DNA from: Sedimentisphaerales bacterium
GTDB lineage: Bacteria; Planctomycetota; Phycisphaerae; Sedimentisphaerales; Anaerobacaceae
Direction: 5' to 3'
Assembly (NCBI GenBank): GCA_963708075.1
Contig: OY970194.1
Span: forward strand, 5,280,001-5,344,000
Length of the DNA stretch: 64,000 nt
A program made the translations under genes and the position numbers. Shown one piece after another: positions 19,014 through 29,564 of the stretch (its first letter is position 1; the number at the start of each line of letters is the position of its first letter). The notes under the pieces are model-generated. The model was not told the origin of the DNA. It did no database searches and was given only the letters and a program-made list of their open reading frames with translations.

Positions 19014-20766
19014 ATGCCGGTTCTACGGGCGATCTTCATCCTGACGGCAGTCGGTCTTGTCAGTTTCCCGGCGCAGGCGAAATACAGCGGCGGCAGCGGG
19101 ACCGCGAAAGATCCCTGGCGCATCGCCACAAAGAAAGACCTGATCACCCTGGCGGGCAGTCCGGCGGACTTCGCCTCGCATTTCCGTGTCATCGCCGATA
19201 TCGACCTGTCGGGGCAGGCGTACACCATGGCCCTGATCGCCCCCGCCACGAAGACCGGTCCGAACTGGACGTTTGAGGCGGTCCCGTTCACCGGCGTGTT
19301 CGATGGCAACGGTCACAAGATCACAGCTCTGGCGATCAACGACGGCAAGCGCGGGCCAGGCTATTTCGGACTGTTCGGCTGTATCGGCCGAGGCGGCTTG
19401 GTCACGAATCTGCGCCTCGAGCGAGTGAACATTACCGCCGGCGCTGTCGCACAGTACGTTGGCGGCCTTGCCGGGCTGAACGACAGCGGTACCATCACCG
19501 ATTGCAGCATCGCCGGCGACATTACGGGTGCCCACAGCACGAAAGTCGGTGCGTTGGCAGGAGAGAACGGCACGGCCGGCACGATCGCTCGTTGCCATGT
19601 CCTCTCAGGCACGGTTCGCGGGGGTGTGGAAGCCGGCGGCCTCGTGGGAAGAAATGTCTCCGGCGCGCGGATCACAGACTGCGATGCTGCTGACAACGTT
19701 GTCGCGGAAGGATTCCATGTCGGCGGGCTGGTTGGATTGAACCAGGGCACCATAGCTCGCTGCCAGGCCACAGGCAGCATTACCCACAGCGTCCTTATGG
19801 CATGGGGGCTCGGCGGCTTGGTGGGCCATAACGACGGGATGATCATCCATTGCCGGGCAACCGGCAGTGTCACGGGTGAGCGCTCGACACAACTGCTTGG
19901 CGGGTTAGTTGGTGAGAATGGGCGACGAGCGGCGATCATCGATTGTAGTGCCACCGGCAAGGTGACCAGCGAACAAGGACCGGGAGTCGGTGGACTCGTA
20001 GGTACCAACGCGGGGCTTGTCACTCATTGTTGTGCGACGGGAGGCGTGGCAGGCGCATTATTGTCGGGCGGGTTGGCAGGTGGGAATGGCGGAGCAATTA
20101 CCAACTGCTATGCTACCGGGAGTGCCACCGGCAGCGGCGGGGGAGTCGCGGGTGGCGGATTGGCAGGCAGCAACGATATCGCTGGAACGATTGTCAACTG
20201 CTATGCCACCGGCAGCGTAACCGGCTTCTCCGGCGCCGGGGGACTGGCAGGGTCCAACGGTGGCGCGATCACCAACTCCTACGCAGTGGGAAGGGTAACC
20301 GGCGCGGGTACGTGGCTTGGCGGACTGGTTGGCCTCCTGCCGCCCGATACAGCGGCGCAGACGGCCAACTGCTTTTGGGATACTCAGACGAGCGGGCAGA
20401 CCAAGAGCAAGGGTGGCACCGGTGAGAACCACGGTCCAGATGCAGACGGCGAAGACCTTTCTCGACGGCTCGTGGGATTTCAACTGCGTGTGGGACATCG
20501 TGGAGAAGAAGACGTATCCATTCCTGCGATTCAACCCTGCCGCCGATTTGAATTGCGACGCCAGGGTGAATCTCAAGGACTTTGCCAGGCTCGCGCTCAA
20601 TTGGTCGAAGACCTGCGGCGTCTCGACCAATCCCCCGCTGCCCAAATGCCCGCTCGCGGGCGACTTGAATTATGACAAGACGGTGGATGCGACGGACCTG
20701 ACCGTAATGGCCGTTCAATGGCTGGACACCCGCAAGCCGGCCGCCGATCAGCAGAACGCTGACTGA
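19014..20766 (+). CDS. Secreted GLUG-repeat protein with C-terminal dockerin/EF-hand-like repeats (frameshift about 20425)
   Basis: YSGGSGT..DPW.I, FTGVFDGNGH, many VGGLVG.N repeats, ADLNCDARVNLKDF and GDLNYDKTVDATDL. Confidence 0.9.
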
Positions 20767-20788
20767 CCTGTCGCCACGCATCTGGTAG

Positions 20789-20907
20789 AATGGGGGCATG
20801 AGCAAGGATTTGAAAGATAAGACGCTGGACGAGCTTGAGGCGGTTGTGACCGGGCTGGGGCAGAAGAAGTACCTGGCGGGCTACATCTTCAAGTTCATCC
20901 ATGTGCA
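20789..20907 (+). pseudogene. 119-bp duplicate of the rlmN 5' end
   Basis: 2 mismatches versus 22465-22583; preceded by CTGACC-N17-TAGAAT. Confidence 0.92.
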
Positions 20908-21100
20908 CGTGAGGCAGGGGGGGCACACCGGATACCGCGGTCACGTCCGCTTTCCGTTACACGCGTGGAACCGCCCGGCTGCAGGACGACGCATCCATTG
21001 TAAAATGTGAATGTGCAGGTGTGATCCCAAGTCCCCCCGCTAACGTATATCATGCGTATATCATGTCTGTTTTGCAGCATCTACTTTGAAGGGGGACGGT

Positions 21101-22219
21101 ATGAGAAACGAAGACCGCATGAGAGAGCCGCGCAACCGGGTTGTTCAAGTCAGGCGCTTCGGCGGTCCCGACGAGCTGGAGGTGGTCGACGCTCCCCTGC
21201 CGACGGCCGGCCGGGGCGAGGTGCGGGTCCGCGTGCTCGCCTCGAGCGTGGAGTACACCGACGTGGTGATCCGGCGCCACCTCTACCCGCAAACGATGCG
21301 CCGCCGGCCGCCGTTCGTGCTGGGCTATGACGTCGTCGGGGAAATCGATCAGCTCGGCGATGGCGTGCGCGGCTTTCAGGTTGGCGACCGCGTGGCCGAT
21401 ATGACGGTACTCGGGTCGAACGCCGCCTATCGCACGCTCCGGGCCGACCGCCTGACCCGCGTGCCGGCGGGCGTCGACGCGGCGGAGGCGGCCGCGCTGA
21501 TCTTGAGCTGGACGACCGCATACCAGCTCCTTCACCGCGCGGCCCGGGTGCAGCGAGGACAGCGCGTGCTCGTGCAGGGAGCCGCCGGCGCCGTCGGTCA
21601 GGCGCTGCTCGTGCTCGGCAGGCTGGCCGGCCTCGAGCTGTGGGGCACCGCGCGCGGCGCGCACGCGGCGCTGGTCCGCGAGCTCGGCGCCACGCCGATC
21701 GACTACCAACGCGAAGACTTCACGCGCGTCCTGCCGGGCGGGTTCGACGTCGTCTTCGACGGCGTCGGCGAGGACGGCTATCGCCGCTCGTTCGCGGCGC
21801 TCAAGCGCGGCGGCCTGCTCTGCGCCTACGGCTACACGGCGGGCGTGCAGGCGCAGCGTCGCCTGCTCACCATCCTGATGTGGATTGCGCGCGTGTATCT
21901 ATGGAGGCGGCTGCTGAGTTGGTTGCCTGGCGGCAAGCGCGTCCGCGTCTACTCGATCAACGCGATGCGGGCGCGACATCCCGCCTGGTTCCGGGAGGAC
22001 CTGGAGCGGCTCTTCGGCCTGTTGGCAACTGGCGCCATCCGGCCGCGCGTCGCCGAGCGGATCTCCTTCGACGAGGTCGCCGAGGCACACCGCCGTCTCG
22101 AGGCGGGCGGTCTCGAGGGCAAGCTCGTCCTGTGCCCGGACCTGCCGTCGCGACGCGACCGGGTGCCGCCTCAGGGCGAGCCGGGCGCCCCTGCCGTCCA
22201 GGCCCCGCCTGCGACCTGA
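21101..22219 (+). CDS. Medium-chain dehydrogenase/reductase (quinone oxidoreductase-like)
   Basis: GGPDEL, GYDVVG, VLVQGAAGAVG, GKLVL; very high GC. Confidence 0.92.
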   Translation: MRNEDRMREPRNRVVQVRRFGGPDELEVVDAPLPTAGRGEVRVRVLASSVEYTDVVIRRHLYPQTMRRRPPFVLGYDVVGEIDQLGDGVRGFQVGDRVADMTVLGSNAAYRTLRADRLTRVPAGVDAAEAAALILSWTTAYQLLHRAARVQRGQRVLVQGAAGAVGQALLVLGRLAGLELWGTARGAHAALVRELGATPIDYQREDFTRVLPGGFDVVFDGVGEDGYRRSFAALKRGGLLCAYGYTAGVQAQRRLLTILMWIARVYLWRRLLSWLPGGKRVRVYSINAMRARHPAWFREDLERLFGLLATGAIRPRVAERISFDEVAEAHRRLEAGGLEGKLVLCPDLPSRRDRVPPQGEPGAPAVQAPPAT

Positions 22220-22296
22220 GGCCTGCGAGCATGCTTTGTCCATCGAGTCGAACATGTCTACGCAAGCGTAGACATGGCACCCGGCCAGTTAGTTTC

Positions 22297-22367
22297 TTAG
22301 GAGCGCAGCGAGGCAATCTCCCACCTCCGGGACTGAGATTGCTTCGTCGCTGCGCTCCGCGCAATGA
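22297..22367. repeat. GTCATTGCG-type palindromic repeat
   Basis: ggagcgcagcgaggcaatctc...gagattgcttcgtcgctgcgctcc..gcaatgac. Confidence 0.65.
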
Positions 22368-22473
22368 CATCCACTGCCTTGAGATGGTTTCCAAGGACTC
22401 GGCTTGGCCGGCGCACATCAGACATTCTCGCGCCGATTTCGACCCGGTGCACAGGATTTGATACAATGGGGGC

Positions 22474-23493
22474 ATGAGCAAGGATTTGAAAGATAAGACG
22501 CTGGACGAGCTTGAGGCGGTTGTGACCGAGCTGGGGCAGAAGAAGTACCTGGCCGGCTACATCTTCAAGTTCATCCATGTGCAGAACGGGCACGATATTT
22601 CCGCGCTGAGCACACTGAGCAAGGCGTTTCGGGCGCAGCTCGTCGAGCAGGGGTACTTCATCTCGCAACTCAAGGTCATCCAGAGCCTGAGCGACCCGGA
22701 CGGCTCGATGAAATTCCTGTTCGAGCTTCCCGACGGCGAGCGGATCGAGTCGGTGCTTCTGCCGGAGGACAAGCGAAGGACGCTGTGCGTATCCACGCAG
22801 GTCGGCTGCGCGATGGGCTGCAGTTTCTGTGCGACGGCGAAGATTCGTCTGCGGCGGAGCCTGACGGCGGGCGAGATCGTCGATCAGGTCAATACGGCAC
22901 AAGAGCATGCGGGCGAGATCACCGGCGTTGTCTATATGGGCATGGGCGAGCCGTTCCAGAATTATGACGCCGTGCTCAAGAGCATCCGGATCCTGAACCA
23001 TCCGGCCGGCAAGAACATCGGCATCCGGCACATCACGATCAGTACGTGCGGCGTTGTGCCGGGGATCGAGCGGCTCGCCAACGAGGATATCCACCCCCGG
23101 CTGGCCATCTCCCTCAACGCGCCCACGGATACGCTCCGCAGCAAGTTGATGCCGATCAATGACAAGTACTCGCTGGCCGAGCTGCTCGAGGCGGTGCGGA
23201 CCTATCAGGCCAGGACCGGCCAGCGCGTGACGTTTGAGTACGTCCTGATGGACGAGGTGAATGATTCGGTCGTGCACGCCCGCATGCTGGTCAAGCTGCT
23301 TCGCGGCATCATGTACAACATCAATCTCATCGAGCACAACCCGTACCAGGGCTTCGAGCACGCCGCCAGCAGCCGGCAGCACATCCAGCGATTCGCGTCG
23401 GTCCTCAAGGACGCCGGCGTCGAGACGACGATCCGGTTCCGCATGGGCCGGGGCATCAAGGCCGCCTGTGGCCAGCTCCAGGCCGGATACTAG
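22474..23493 (+). CDS. rlmN: 23S rRNA/tRNA m2A methyltransferase RlmN (radical SAM)
   Basis: CVSTQVGCAMGCSFCAT, MGMGEP, ISLNA, EYVL, AACGQL. Confidence 0.95.
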   Translation: MSKDLKDKTLDELEAVVTELGQKKYLAGYIFKFIHVQNGHDISALSTLSKAFRAQLVEQGYFISQLKVIQSLSDPDGSMKFLFELPDGERIESVLLPEDKRRTLCVSTQVGCAMGCSFCATAKIRLRRSLTAGEIVDQVNTAQEHAGEITGVVYMGMGEPFQNYDAVLKSIRILNHPAGKNIGIRHITISTCGVVPGIERLANEDIHPRLAISLNAPTDTLRSKLMPINDKYSLAELLEAVRTYQARTGQRVTFEYVLMDEVNDSVVHARMLVKLLRGIMYNINLIEHNPYQGFEHAASSRQHIQRFASVLKDAGVETTIRFRMGRGIKAACGQLQAGY

Positions 23494-23496
23494 GGA

Positions 23497-23602
23497 AAAT
23501 CAAATATCAAAAGTCAAAGATCAAGATTGCAGGTCAAAAACCGAGGCGCATCGCCGGAGGCGATTCCACACTTTTGATCTTTGATTTTTGGTGTTTGATA
23601 TT
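23497..23602. repeat. Heptamer-periodic inverted repeat between convergent genes
   Basis: aaatcaaatatcaaaagtcaaagatcaa ... ttgatctttgatttttggtgtttgatatt. Confidence 0.75.
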
Positions 23603-23605
23603 GGT

Positions 23606-24505
23606 CTAGGCGGCGAGGATTTCGTCTTTGAGTTGGGGCCCGGCGGAGGTCCAATCGAGGAGTTCGACTTCGCCGAGCGGGGAGATGATCAGGAAGTCGT
23701 TGGTCCGGCCGGTCCAGGAGCCGCTGTTGAAGAACCAGTCGCCGAATGTTGCGGCGTGGTGCGTGTGGCCGACGATTGCGACGTCATACAAGTCGTCAAC
23801 TCTATCCTCGTAGTAGTGAGTGATCATGTGCTGCGTGCGAATTTGCCGGGTCAGCAGGCGGACTTTTTCCGCCGACGTTCGGACGCGGCCTTCGCGCAGG
23901 GCCTTGTTCACGCCGTGTCGCAGCCGGCCCCGAAGCCGCACAATGGGGTCGTCAATCGCCAGCGAACCGCGTTCGAGCATGCCCTTCGCCGCGCGGATCT
24001 CATCGCGCAGCTCGTAACGATGCGTCATCGCCCCGATCATCCGGCCGAGGTTCTTCCAGCCTGCGTTGACGAACGGATCGATCTCATGGCCGTGCATGAA
24101 GCGGAACCGCCGGCCCCCGATGGATTGTGTGAAGGCCTCCGTGATCCGGGTGAAGAACGGGTGGAGCGGGCAGTACGGATCGACCACGGAGAACACGTCC
24201 TCGTCGTGGTTGCCCGGCACGTACACGGCTCGCATGGCGGCCAGATGGTCCAGCAGATCGCGCCGCCGCACGAGGATGCTCTCGATCGGGTAGCGAAGCA
24301 ACTCGAAGAAATCGCCGAGGATGACCAGTTGCCCGTTCTGCTTTTCGACGTAGTTGAGGAAGCTGTTGAAGAGCAGCTCGCGGCCGGCACGATGCAGATT
24401 ATCCATCCGCGACCGATCCCCCATGTGCAGGTCGCTGACGACAAAGACCGACTTACCTTGATTGAGAACTATGTGGACACCCTTTCCTGAGCTTGGTACA
24501 ACCAC
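23606..24505 (-). CDS. Calcineurin-like metallophosphoesterase (LpxH-like); start uncertain
   Basis: SDLH, GDFFE, GNHD, HGH, GHTH, NSGSW. Confidence 0.88.
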   Translation of the reverse strand: MVVPSSGKGVHIVLNQGKSVFVVSDLHMGDRSRMDNLHRAGRELLFNSFLNYVEKQNGQLVILGDFFELLRYPIESILVRRRDLLDHLAAMRAVYVPGNHDEDVFSVVDPYCPLHPFFTRITEAFTQSIGGRRFRFMHGHEIDPFVNAGWKNLGRMIGAMTHRYELRDEIRAAKGMLERGSLAIDDPIVRLRGRLRHGVNKALREGRVRTSAEKVRLLTRQIRTQHMITHYYEDRVDDLYDVAIVGHTHHAATFGDWFFNSGSWTGRTNDFLIISPLGEVELLDWTSAGPQLKDEILAA

Positions 24506-24600
24506 TAACGTAGTTTATATCGGCTGGGTTCGCCCGTTTCCACAGACAAATGCGCGGATTTTACGCAATTGCAGGATAGGGCGGTTAGCAAGGTGTTTTC

Positions 24601-25551
24601 GTGGCAGCCAAGGGCAGAATCATCACGATCGGATTATCGCCGGCGTGGGACATCAGTTGTCGCGGCGCGGGGCTCGACTGGGGCCGGCATGTCGAGATCG
24701 ACGAGCAGGTAGTCCGGCCGGCGGGCAAGGCACTGAACGTCTCCTATGCGCTGGCGTGGCTGGGCCGGGAGAGCATTGCCGCGGGATTATGGGGCCGTGA
24801 GGACTATAGCCAGATGAACAGCGCCGTGCGGCGGCTCGGCGGGGGGATACGAACCAGCATGACGACCGGCCCGGGCAGCACCCGGCGCAATATCACAGTT
24901 GTCGACACACTCCGCCACCGCGAGATGCACCTGCGGCTCAGAAGCGAGCTGGCATCGCAGCGGTCCCTGCGACGGCTCAACGCGGACCTGGAGCAACTCG
25001 TCCGCAAAGGCGATACATGCGTCTTCGCCGGCGCGATGCCCGGCGGTGATCTTCCGGAGCGGGTCGTCGATCTCGTGCACACCTGCCATCGTGCCGGCGC
25101 CCGCATCGTCGTCGACACCTACGGTCCCGCCCTCGCGAGGATCGTGGACGCGGGCCTGGCCTGGGCGATCTCCCCCAATGTCGAGGAGTTGCGCGGGCTG
25201 CTGGGTCGCGAGGTTGCGAACACCCCGGCGAGACTGGCCACGGCGGCCCGGCCGCTGCTGGAGAAGGTGAGTACGATCCTGATCAGCCGCGGCGCCGAGG
25301 GCGCAGTGGTTATCACGAATGGTGGAACGTGGACCGGCCGGTCCAGAGGCCGGCGCAAAGCGTTATCCACTGTCGGCTGCGGCGATTACCTGCTGGCCGG
25401 CTTCCTCGCGGGCCTGCAGGATGCCGCCGATCCCGGAGCCGCTCTGGCAACAGGCTTGAAGGTGGCCGCCGCCCGTGCCTGGGGCTGGACGGAAACCAAG
25501 CCCTGGCCGCAGGCCGACAACGAGATCCAGGTGAGCATCAAGCCTCTTTGA
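24601..25551 (+). CDS. PfkB family hexose kinase (1-phosphofructokinase-like)
   Basis: AGKALNVS, TRRN, SPNVEE, STVGCGD. Confidence 0.9.
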   Translation: MAAKGRIITIGLSPAWDISCRGAGLDWGRHVEIDEQVVRPAGKALNVSYALAWLGRESIAAGLWGREDYSQMNSAVRRLGGGIRTSMTTGPGSTRRNITVVDTLRHREMHLRLRSELASQRSLRRLNADLEQLVRKGDTCVFAGAMPGGDLPERVVDLVHTCHRAGARIVVDTYGPALARIVDAGLAWAISPNVEELRGLLGREVANTPARLATAARPLLEKVSTILISRGAEGAVVITNGGTWTGRSRGRRKALSTVGCGDYLLAGFLAGLQDAADPGAALATGLKVAAARAWGWTETKPWPQADNEIQVSIKPL

Positions 25552-25656
25552 GACGAGCATCCTCGCAATATGAATTGCTGACTGGACATTCATCGCAGGC
25601 TGGCATATGATCTGGGCCGCCTTAATCATTTACCCTTACTTGGAGGATCAGAGACC

Positions 25657-26629
25657 ATGGCGAACATGAGATTTCGGGCAATCATTCCGGCGGTCAGTTC
25701 CATCGTCCTTATCATCCTGTGCGGCAGCGCCGCGGCGGCCACGCAACTGCAATGGAAGCTGGCCAAGGGCAAAATGTATTACCAGAGAACTGTAATCGAG
25801 CAGCAGATCACCCAGACTGTGATGGGACAGGAGCAGAAGATCGAGCAGAGCATCGGAATCGGGCATAAGCTTCAGGTGCTTGATGTCGATCCTCAAGGGA
25901 ACATGCGGATCCAGTACACCTATCTGTGGTCGAAGCTCAAGCAGATCAATCCGATGGTCCAGATCGATTACGACTCTTCACAAAAGTCGCCGGTTCCCGC
26001 AGGAGCGGAAGGCTTCGCCGCCCTCGTCGGCCAGAGCTACACGGTCAAAATGACTCCACAGGGCAAGATTCTCGACGTCAACGGCGTGGAGCAATTGCGG
26101 GATGCGGTTCTCAAGAAGCTCCCTCCGGGGATGGACGCGACGGTGGGGATGAACCCGGTGGCAGGGTACATCGATAAGGAGAGCCTCAAGCAGATGACTG
26201 AGGCCGGTACGGCCATCTATCCGGACAAGCCCGTAAACCCGGGTGACTCGTGGAACAAAGAGAACCACCATGGTGGTAGGCTTCAAGACGATTATTCAGT
26301 CCAAATGGACGCTGCAGAAAGAGCTGGATGGCGTTGCCACGATTGGTGTGGTAGCCACGATGCGGACCGATCCCAGCGGGCCGGCTATGGAGACCCAGGG
26401 CATGAAGATGCGGTTTGCTCTATCAGGCCCCCAGGAGGGCACGATCCAGGTGGCGGAGGCGACCGGTCTGGTCACGACCGGCAAAGTGCGCACGCAGCTC
26501 AAAGGGGATATCCAGGTAGGCCAGGCAGGAGCTGCGGCGGACGCACCACCTATGATGACCATACCCATGCTCATCGACACGCGGACCACCAGCGAAATGA
26601 GCGAGCAGATGTGGAAAACCAGCCCATAG
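25657..26629 (+). CDS. Secreted protein, DUF6263-like (frameshift about 26265)
   Basis: Signal peptide; DYDS, G.I..V.G, YPDKPVNPGDSW pattern. Confidence 0.7.
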
Positions 26630-26680
26630 GGTCGGTCGCACCGGCATGCAGGGCTTCTGTTTTTTCTGCAAAATAAAGGG

Positions 26681-26709
26681 TTGACTCCGCACACCGGGTC
26701 GTATATAGT
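26681..26709 (+). promoter_or_regulatory. sigma70 promoter of tRNA-Gln/glmU operon
   Basis: TTGACT-N17-TATAGT with A-rich UP element. Confidence 0.7.
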
Positions 26710-26726
26710 CTGTGGTTTAAGACTGC

Positions 26727-26947
26727 CTTGTCGCACGGGGTAGACGTTTGGATTTTCGATTTACGAATTTTGAGTTACGATTTGGGCCTGCTTGAGAAGC
26801 GGGTCAGTTCCGACTGTTCCGCCTTCAAATCGCAAATCATAGATCGTAAATCATAGATCCATAGGGGTCAGCAGAATCACGGCATGGCTGACTCAAGCCT
26901 CCGACAGGGTCTTACCGGACCGCTCCAAAGCGGTTTCCGTGACAAGC
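26727..26947 (+). ncRNA. Candidate rod-like structured RNA interrupted by a repeat hairpin
   Basis: Nested pairings cttgtc(gc)acgg/ccgtgacaag, ggtagac/gtcttacc, gggtcagc/gctgactc; side hairpin accgc-tccaaa-gcggt. Confidence 0.35.
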
Positions 26948-27260
26948 GTTTGGATTTGCGAATTACGATTCTTGATTCATGATTTGGCGTGGCCGCAGCG
27001 GTGCGATGTGCTCTGGGCGTCCTGCCTTCAAATCGTAAATCAAGAATCGTAAATCATAAATCTTCGATCGGATTACCCGGTGGTGTAATCGGCAACACAG
27101 GAGGTTTTGGTCCTCCTATTCCAGGTTCGAGTCCTGGCCGGGTAGCTTTGGAAAGTACGAATTACGATTTATGATTGACGATTTGGCCTCGCTCGCGGGT
27201 TGGAGAAGGTCTCGAGGTCCAGTCTTCAAATCGTAAATCGTAAAGGATAAATCGTAAATC
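26750..27260. repeat. Three related ~110-bp heptamer hairpin modules (26750-26859, 26952-27062, 27157-27260)
   Basis: (gatttac)n-like left arm, 35-45 nt loop, cttcaaatcg(taaatc)n right arm. Confidence 0.85.
27074..27145 (+). tRNA. tRNA-Gln (UUG), CCA not encoded
   Basis: Acceptor tacccgg/ccgggta, anticodon arm ggagg-ttTTGgt-cctcc, T arm ccagg-ttcgagt-cctgg. Confidence 0.97.
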
Positions 27261-27271
27261 GGAATGGTTTG

Positions 27272-28509
27272 ATGGCAGAACGAGTTGCGATACTGCTGGC
27301 GGCCGGGGTGAGCAGCCGGATGAATACCAAGCTGCCGAAGGTGCTGCACGAAGTGACCGGCCGGCCCATGCTGGCGTACGTGCTCGATGCGTGCCGAAGT
27401 GTCGGCGTAGACAAGATTTACGTCGTCGTCGGCTTCGGCGCCGAGCAGGTCAAGGAGCGGTTCGCCGCCGAGTCGAGGGACATCGTCTGGGTACATCAGC
27501 CCAAGCAGTTGGGAACGGCCCATGCGGTCATGTGCTGCAAGGAGCATCTGCAGAATTTCGACGGGCCAGACGCTCGTGCTGTGCGGCGATGGACCGCTGA
27601 TCCGGGCCAAGACCCTCCAGACGCTGATCGAGAAGCACGAGGCCGAGCAATCCGCGGCGACGCTGGCCACGGCGGTCCTGGACGACCCGACCGGCTACGG
27701 CCGCATCGTCCGCGACGCCTACGGCAATATGCAGGGCATCGTGGAGGACAGCGACTGCACGCCGGCGCAGCGGGCCGTCAGGGAAGTGAACCCGAGCTAC
27801 TACCTGTTCAACAACCAGGTGCTGTTCGGGGCGTTGGAGCAGGTCAAGCCGAACAACGTCAAGAAGGAATACTACCTGACGGATGCCTTGTCGCTGATCA
27901 TCGCGACGGGCCACAAGGTCGTGGCGGTCACGGCGGTTCGGCCGGAAGAGGCCATGGGCGTCAACAGCCGGGCCCAGCTGCAGCGTGGCCAGCAAGATCA
28001 TGCAGCACCGCGTCCAGCAGGAGCTGATGGAGAACGGCGTGACGATCGTGGATCCGGACAACACCTGGATCGACGCCCGCGCGCAAGATCGGGCAGGACA
28101 CGGTGATCGAGCCGTTCGTATATATTCACGGGCGAGGTGAAGATCGGCCGCGACTGCCGGATCGGGCCGTTTGCCTTCCTGCGGGATGGAACCGTGATCG
28201 GCGACGACGTCGTGCTCGGCGTGTTCACCGAGGTCAAGAACACCACGCTGGCCGACGGCGTCCGGGCCCGGCATCACAGCTATCTGGGCGACGCCGATAT
28301 CGGACGGCAACGTGAACGTCGGGGCCGGATCGATCACCGCCAATTTCGACGGCGAGAACGATGCAACCGGACGGCCGTCGGGCGACGACTGCTACATCGG
28401 CTCCGGCGCCGTTCTGATCGCGCCGCTGGTCCTCAAGACCGGCGCACGAATCGGTGCGGGGACGGTCGTTTCGCAGGATGACGTCGACAAGCTCGGCGCG
28501 AAAGGATAG
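27272..28509 (+). CDS. glmU: Bifunctional GlmU (several apparent frameshifts; short C-terminus)
   Basis: LAAG...RM...PKVLH, QLGTAHAV, GYGRIVR, EYYLTD, GVNSR, HSYLGDA, GAGSITANFDG. Confidence 0.93.
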
Positions 28510-28538
28510 TCGCAACACGGCAGGCAAGGGGCGACCAG

Positions 28539-29494
28539 ATGTTTCTGAATGACAACCTGAAAATATTCTCCGGGAGCAGCAATCCGGCACTGACCGTCGA
28601 GGTCTGCAAGTACCTGGGCATCCCGGTCGGCGGCGCCAAGATCAGCACGTTCCCGGACGGCGAGAAGCTGATCCGGATCGAGGACGACGTGCGCGGCCGC
28701 GACTGCTTCGTCGTCCAGTCCACGTGCAGGCCGGTGGATGAGCACCTGATGGAGCTGTTGATCTACCTGGATTGCCTGCGCCGGGCCAGCGCCAAGCGGA
28801 TCACGGCGGTGATCCCGTACTTCGGGTATGCCCGCCAGGACCGCAAGGACGAGGGCCGCGTGCCGATCACGGCCAAGCTGGTGGCGAATCTCATCACCAC
28901 GGCCGGGGCCGACCGCGTGCTGGCGATCGATCTGCACGCCCACCAGTTGCAGGGGTTCTTCGACATCCCGGTGGATCATCTGACGGGCGAGCTGGTGCTG
29001 AGCCGGTATTTCCGGGACAAGAAGATCGCGGACCTGAGCGGTGGTGTCGCCGGACGTGGGCAACATCAAGACGGCGGCCCGCTACGCCGCCCATCTCAAC
29101 GGCGATCTGGCGATCGTCCACAAGAAGCGGCATCAGCGGCTCGCAGGTCCAGGCGGGCGAGCTGATCGGCTCGGTGGAAGGCTGCAACGTGCTGATGTGC
29201 GACGACATCATCGCGACCGCCGGAACGATCTGCAGGCGGCCGAGCTGGTGAAGCAGCGCGGGGCCAAGAACGTATGCGTGGGCGTCACGCATGGCGTGTT
29301 CGCCGGCCCGGCGCTGGAGCGGCTGGAGAAGGCGCCCGATCGACGAGGTCGTCGTGACCAACACGATCCCGCTGACCGAAGAGGCGAAGAAGATCAAGAA
29401 GATCAAGGTTCTGAGCGTGGCCGCCATGCTTGGCGAGGCGATCAAGCGGATTCACAGGGACGAATCGGTGAGCAGTCTGTTCGCCGTCATGTAA
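28539..29494 (+). CDS. prs: Ribose-phosphate pyrophosphokinase (frameshifts)
   Basis: [38 protein letters not shown]. Confidence 0.95.
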
Positions 29495-29564
29495 GACAGA
29501 ACGCGTTTGTAATGCATGAGCACAAACTGGGTTTGCATAGATAAGTTGATCAGGTGAGAGACTT

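Noticed and set aside
20789..22583. Prophage/ICE with attL-attR in rlmN
   Set aside because: Only 1.7 kb with one metabolic gene and no recombinase; reported as an unexplained duplication instead
26860..26947. SRP (4.5S) RNA
   Set aside because: Lacks the TCAGG..GGAA..AGCAG domain IV consensus
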